The notes beneath the pieces are model-generated. The model was not told the origin of the DNA. It did no database searches and was given only the letters and a program-made list of their open reading frames with translations. A DNA stretch of 11,808 bases from assembly GCA_903916665.1 (NCBI GenBank), contig CAIWXP010000120.1, positions 1 through 11,808 on the forward strand, given 5' to 3'. The translations under genes and the position numbers were made by a program. Shown piece by piece: positions 4,949 through 10,900 of the stretch; position 1 is the stretch's first letter, and each line of letters opens with the position of its first letter. The DNA is from Candidatus Iainarchaeum sp. (GTDB lineage Archaea; Iainarchaeota; Iainarchaeia; Iainarchaeales; 0-14-0-20-30-16).

Positions 4949-7900
4949 TTAACTATAACTTAATGCATGATGTTTTTTTCGTTTTCTATTTGCACTATAA
5001 ATAATTATTGCTAAAATAATTATTAATACAATCATAATATACCAATAATTATTTGTTGTAGTATCTTGTTCAATACCATTGTTTGCTATTGGTTCTACAA
5101 CAGTATTATTATCTTCAACAATAACATTATTATTTTCTGAATTATTATTATCAATTACATTTGTATTATTGTTATTTGAAATTGTATTTGTATTATTATT
5201 TTCAACTACTGCATTATTATCTATTATTTTATTTACATCTTCTAATGCAATTATTGGATCATTTATTACTTTTAATTCAAAGTTTGCTTTTCCATTTGTA
5301 ATTGATAATAATTTTACGCTCAAATCATAGTTTCCATCACCATCATAGTCTCTTTTTATTGATTCACCAATTGCTAAAGTGTAATTCATTGGCGTAGAGT
5401 ATAAATCAAATGAAACACTATTAAAATCTGAATTTATATCTTTAATTATTAATTTATGTCTTATACCATAGTGTCCTTTTTTATCAACAGTAAATTCAAT
5501 TGTTTGATTTAAAGAAATACCTCTTAATACACCTGAGTTATTTACTACTAATGTATTAGATCCAGAACCTGAAGAATTAGAATTGTTATTTGGTTGTTGA
5601 TATTCTTCTAATCCTTGCCATCTTAATACAGGCAAACCATTTTGAGTTTCCCAAATAGTATTAAAATTCCAATTAGTTAAAGGTGCATTTGATGAATTGT
5701 AAAAATAACTTAAATTATTTTGGATTAAAGTACAATCTGTAGATAATGAATTATCATCTTCACTAATACAATCATACCCTGGATTACTAACATAGGATCC
5801 AACAACTAATGAATCGAATTCAGAATATTCATTATGTTGCTTTAAGCCTACTAAGCTTCCAATAGTATCTGGGCCATCACCTAAATTGGTTAAGTTACTC
5901 ACAGTAAAAGAATTTCTAATATCTTCTCCTGATAAGAATCCTACTAAACCACCTACATTATTGGAACCAGAAACATTTCCTGATGAATATGAATTATAAA
6001 TACTCATTTCTGCAGGACCCATAAATCCTACTAAACCACCTACATTATTGGAACCAAAAACATTTGATTTAGAATAACAATTTCTAATAATTGAATTATT
6101 TGCAGATCCTACTAAACCACCTACATTGTCACTACCAGAAACTAAATTATTATCTGAATAGGATTGTCTAATTGCACCTATATTTTGACCTGCTAAACCA
6201 CCTACTGCAAAATACCCCGTTACATTTCCATTAGCATAGGACTTACTAATAGTTCCTGAACTACTTCCAACCAATCCACCAATAGATTCACCAGAAGAAT
6301 TTACATTACCAGTAGCAAAGGAATTAGAAATATTACCATCGTAAGAAGCTCCAACTAAACCACCAACACCATAATTCCCATTTACATCAGCAGAAGAATG
6401 AGAATTAATGGTAGTACTTGTTTGTAATACACCTATTAATCCACCTACACTTTCATTATTTGCAAATACATTCCCAGATGAACTTGAATTAATTACTAAT
6501 CCATTATTTATTTCTGCAGCTAATATTCCTACAGTTGAAAAACCAATAATATTTGCATCAATTAAATTTACACTTGATATTATTGAATTATTAACAGTAC
6601 CAAATAACCCAACATGAGATCTATTAGGCCAATTAGCATACAAATTTAATATATTATAATTGTTTCCGTAAAAATTACCACTAAATTGATCATCCATACC
6701 TATTGTATAAAATCCATTACTTTCATTAGCATACCACGAATTTTCATTATCTTCACAATCTGTTTGATTATTATAATCAAAATCAGAACAATGTGCAGCA
6801 ACAAAATTCCACGTATTAGTATCAGAACAATCTATATTATTAATTAATTCATAATTGTTCCCCTGAGAATAATTTATATTCTGTAAATCTAAACATGAAT
6901 TTATATCATAGTGACCATCGTGATCATTATCATTGATTAATTGTTCCCAATATAATATAGGATAATTATCATCTCTTACTTTCCAAACAGTTGAAAAGTC
7001 CCAATAGCCTGATGCATAAACATTAAAATCAGGATTGTAAAAATCATTGTAATCTTGTGCTTTAAAAACATTATCTGGATATTCTTCTGCATCCCAATAG
7101 GGCATATTTGAATTATTATACCACCAAAAATTATTTACTGTAAAATCATCAGAATAATCATATAAAATAATTGCTGAATCTGGATTCAATGTATTTACTG
7201 TTGAATAACAATTATTTATTTCTAAATAGGGTACTTCGCCAACAAAACCACCTGATGCATTACCATTAATATCTCCAGTAGTATAGCTATTTGAAATAGT
7301 TAATGATAAACCACTATCATTATTCTCTGCTCCATAACCTACAAATCCACCTATATCTGAAAATGCATTTATATTTACATTTGCATAATCGTTGTAAAAA
7401 AGTAAACTATTGTCATTGGTGTAAGAATTAACTGTTCCAACTAAACCACCAACATCGCTTCCATTTAAAACAAAAATATTAACATCTGCAAATGATTGTA
7501 TAATACTAAATTCATAGTCTTCTTCTTCAACATTTTGACTTTCAAATAATCCTATAAATCCACCAACATTTTGTATTTCATTGTCAGAAGATATATTTCC
7601 TTTAAAATAGGATTTTTCAATGTGAACACTTGTTCTTCCTTCGTTATTTAATCCACCTACTAATCCACCAATATCACTACCAGTTACAAATATATTTGCA
7701 TCTGCACCTGTGTTTTGTATATTTGGATAGGGAGTATAACCAATTAATCCTCCAACATTCTGTTGTGCATTTATATCTCCATAAAATAATGAGTTTGTGA
7801 CATTAATACTTGATGTATAATATTGGTCTTCATCTGAGCTATAATACATTGCATAGCTAGATCCTACTAAACCACCAACATCATTTTGGCCAATAATATT

Positions 7901-10900
7901 AGCATCAACATAAACTGTATTCAAAGAACAATTTGGATTATCATCTTCAATATTACAATCCATTTCACCAATTATTCCTCCAACACTACTTCCACTATGA
8001 GCATCAATATTACCAAAGAAACTTGAATTATCAATTGTTATATCTGATCTATTATCACAGGGTTCTTGTCCTGAAATACCTACTAATCCACCAACATAAC
8101 CCATAACACCAAATATATTTGCATCAACTCTTGAATTCTTTATATTTGTAAAACAACTTAAACCTACTAATCCACCAACAGCAAATACACCTAAGAAACT
8201 ACCAGTAGCAGTTACATTTGTAATATTTAAATTATTATTTCCGGTTGACATTGATACCAACGCACCAACCATTATTTCTCCAATTATATTGGCATTAATT
8301 ATATTCAAATCCTTAATTGTTACTTCACTATTATTTGAATCAACAACACCAAACAAACTAGCAAAATTATTTTCTGAATTTATATACAAATTACTAATAC
8401 TATTATTATTACCATCAAAATTTCCAGTAAATGGAATTTCAGTTCCTAAAGGAATAAATCCCAAATATTTATCTTGAATCCAATTAGCTGCTTGAGCATC
8501 ACAATCTTCTGGATTATTAATATCAGGGAAACCATCACAGTGTGCAGGGACAAAATTCCATGTGTTAGTATCAGAACAATCAATATTATTTCCTAAACTA
8601 AAATTTGCATCTAAAAAATTGTTGATATCTTGTAATTGATTACAATCAGTAACAACAAATGGATCATCAAATGTTCCTGTACCAGAAAATGGCGCATATG
8701 TAACATTTACATTTATATCATTTATTGTTTCATTACCAGCATTATCTACTGCTTTAATAAAATAGGTATGTTCCCCCAATTCTTGTGTGTACACATTAAT
8801 TGAAGTATTCAAATCATTGCTTACCCAATTAACATTATTATCACTGAAAAGATATTCTTTTATTCCCGATAAACTATCTGTTCCAGTATAATTTAATTGA
8901 AAATCTAAAGTTGAATTATGAGTATATAAATCAGAATTATTATTTGGCGAATTAATATTTAAATCTGGTGCAGTTTTATCTATCAAAATATATTTTGTAT
9001 ATTGATTACCATCCACACCAAAGAAATTCTTTGAATAATAAGTAATTCCATTTCTACCTTCTGTTGTAAATGAAATATTTGAATTATATAATTCAGAAAT
9101 TATTCCCCCACCAACAATATTTTTCAATGTAAAACCTGTACCATCACCAAAAGAATATGCCCCATCACCAAGATCAACATATACATCGTGATTAAAAGTT
9201 ATTGGATCTACTAAATCAACAGCACTACTTGGATACTGTCTTACTACCCAGGCATTACCTTGAGAATCAAATGATATTCCTTTTTGCCAACCCAACCATG
9301 GATGAATATCAAGACTATTATTTAAAGGATTAATTACTGAAACTCCGTCCATTGCACCATAATCATTTGCTACCCAAACCTTACCATCTAAACCAATAGA
9401 AACATCATTAGGGTGATCTTGAAGATTAATTGTTGCAATTACAGACTGAGTTTCTGGATCAATTCTTGAAATTGAGTCACTCCAATAATTTGATACCCAA
9501 ACATTGTTATTTAAATCAACTGCAATACCTGTTGGAGATGCGCCTACCGAAATATTGTAATCATTTGTATTTGTTGTTGCATTTATAAAAAATACTTTGT
9601 CTAAACCACTTACTGCCACCCAAACATTTTGATCAGGACCTACTGCAATATCATAGGGATTACCACCAATATTAATTGTTGCAATAACTTCATTTGTATC
9701 TAAATCTATTCTATATACAAATCCATCAAAACTAGACACCCAAGCATTATTATTTGCATCAATTGCAATACCCCACGGTCTTGAATCTAAAGGAATTGTA
9801 TTAAAAATTTCATTTGTATTTGCATTAATACCATAAATTTCTGAAGAATCAAATCCAGTTACCCAAGCATTACCATAATTATCTACTGCAACACTATAGC
9901 CAACATTTGGAATATCTATTGTCGCTTCTAATTCATGAGTAATAGTATTTATTTTATATAATTTTTTTGCACTCGTTGCAGACACCCATAAAGTATCTGG
10001 AGAAAAATTATTAATTAAATAATAACTATTTCCACATCCTGATCCATTATCAACACAGGTTAAATGTAAATCTATATCACTATTATGCCACGCATCAAAA
10101 TTAATATCTACATCGGTTGTTGCAGATGCTGTTTGATATTTTAAAATTGGATAATTATTGTTTCTAGTTTTCCAAATGTTTTGTAAATCCCAAATCATAA
10201 TTGGATCCTCTACTTCAGAACCTTGGAACCAACCCAATCCTCCTCGCGCAGGAACCATTATATTACAATGAGAATTATCTTCTGAATCACAAAAAAGAGT
10301 ACTATCATCACTAGATTGGTAACCCCATAATTCATTTACAGAACCATAACTATTAACAGTTCCAAATAAAAAACCAACATCAAGAGGCCCAGAAATATTT
10401 CCAACACTAAATAAATTATTTGCATTTGTTAATTGAGTATCTACTCTACCAATTAAACCACCAGCATTACTTGATATTGCATTTACATCTCCAGAATTAT
10501 AGGAATTATTAATATAATTATTTGTTAACAAAAAACCAGCTAATCCACCAACATAATTATTTCCATCTATATTTCCAGAATTATAGCTATTTAAAATATT
10601 TAAATCATAGCCTGAATAACCAATTAAACCTGAAACATAATCATTACCAAAAATATTGCCTGTTGAAAAACTTTCATTAATTATTACATTATTATTAGTA
10701 TCAAACTGTTCTGATTGCCCAATTAAACCACCAACATAATTACTATTAGAATAAATTGATCCTATATTTAATGAACGGTAAATATTTGTTTGTCCATTAT
10801 CTGAACTTGCAGAACCAATAGCTCCTATTAATCCACCTACATTATTTGCATCATCAACAACATTAATATCAGCATAGTTACTAGAATTCAATATATTTGC

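Noticed and set aside
5079-5330. 83-aa plus-strand ORF antisense to the giant gene; the same applies to 6408-6617 and 8289-8477
   Set aside because: All three lie wholly inside the giant minus-strand CDS. Their Leu/Phe/Ile/Ser-rich translations are what is expected from reading Asn/Glu/Lys-rich codons in antisense. They have no start context or motifs.
5609-8400. Periodic recurrence of short conserved DNA words (ccaccaac / ccacctac / actaaaccacc) every 60-90 nt, superficially like a repeat-spacer (CRISPR-like) array
   Set aside because: The words are in frame and encode the GG[LI][VI]G GLUG motif inside one uninterrupted ORF. The period is variable, the conserved cores are too short and degenerate for CRISPR repeats, and there are no cas genes.
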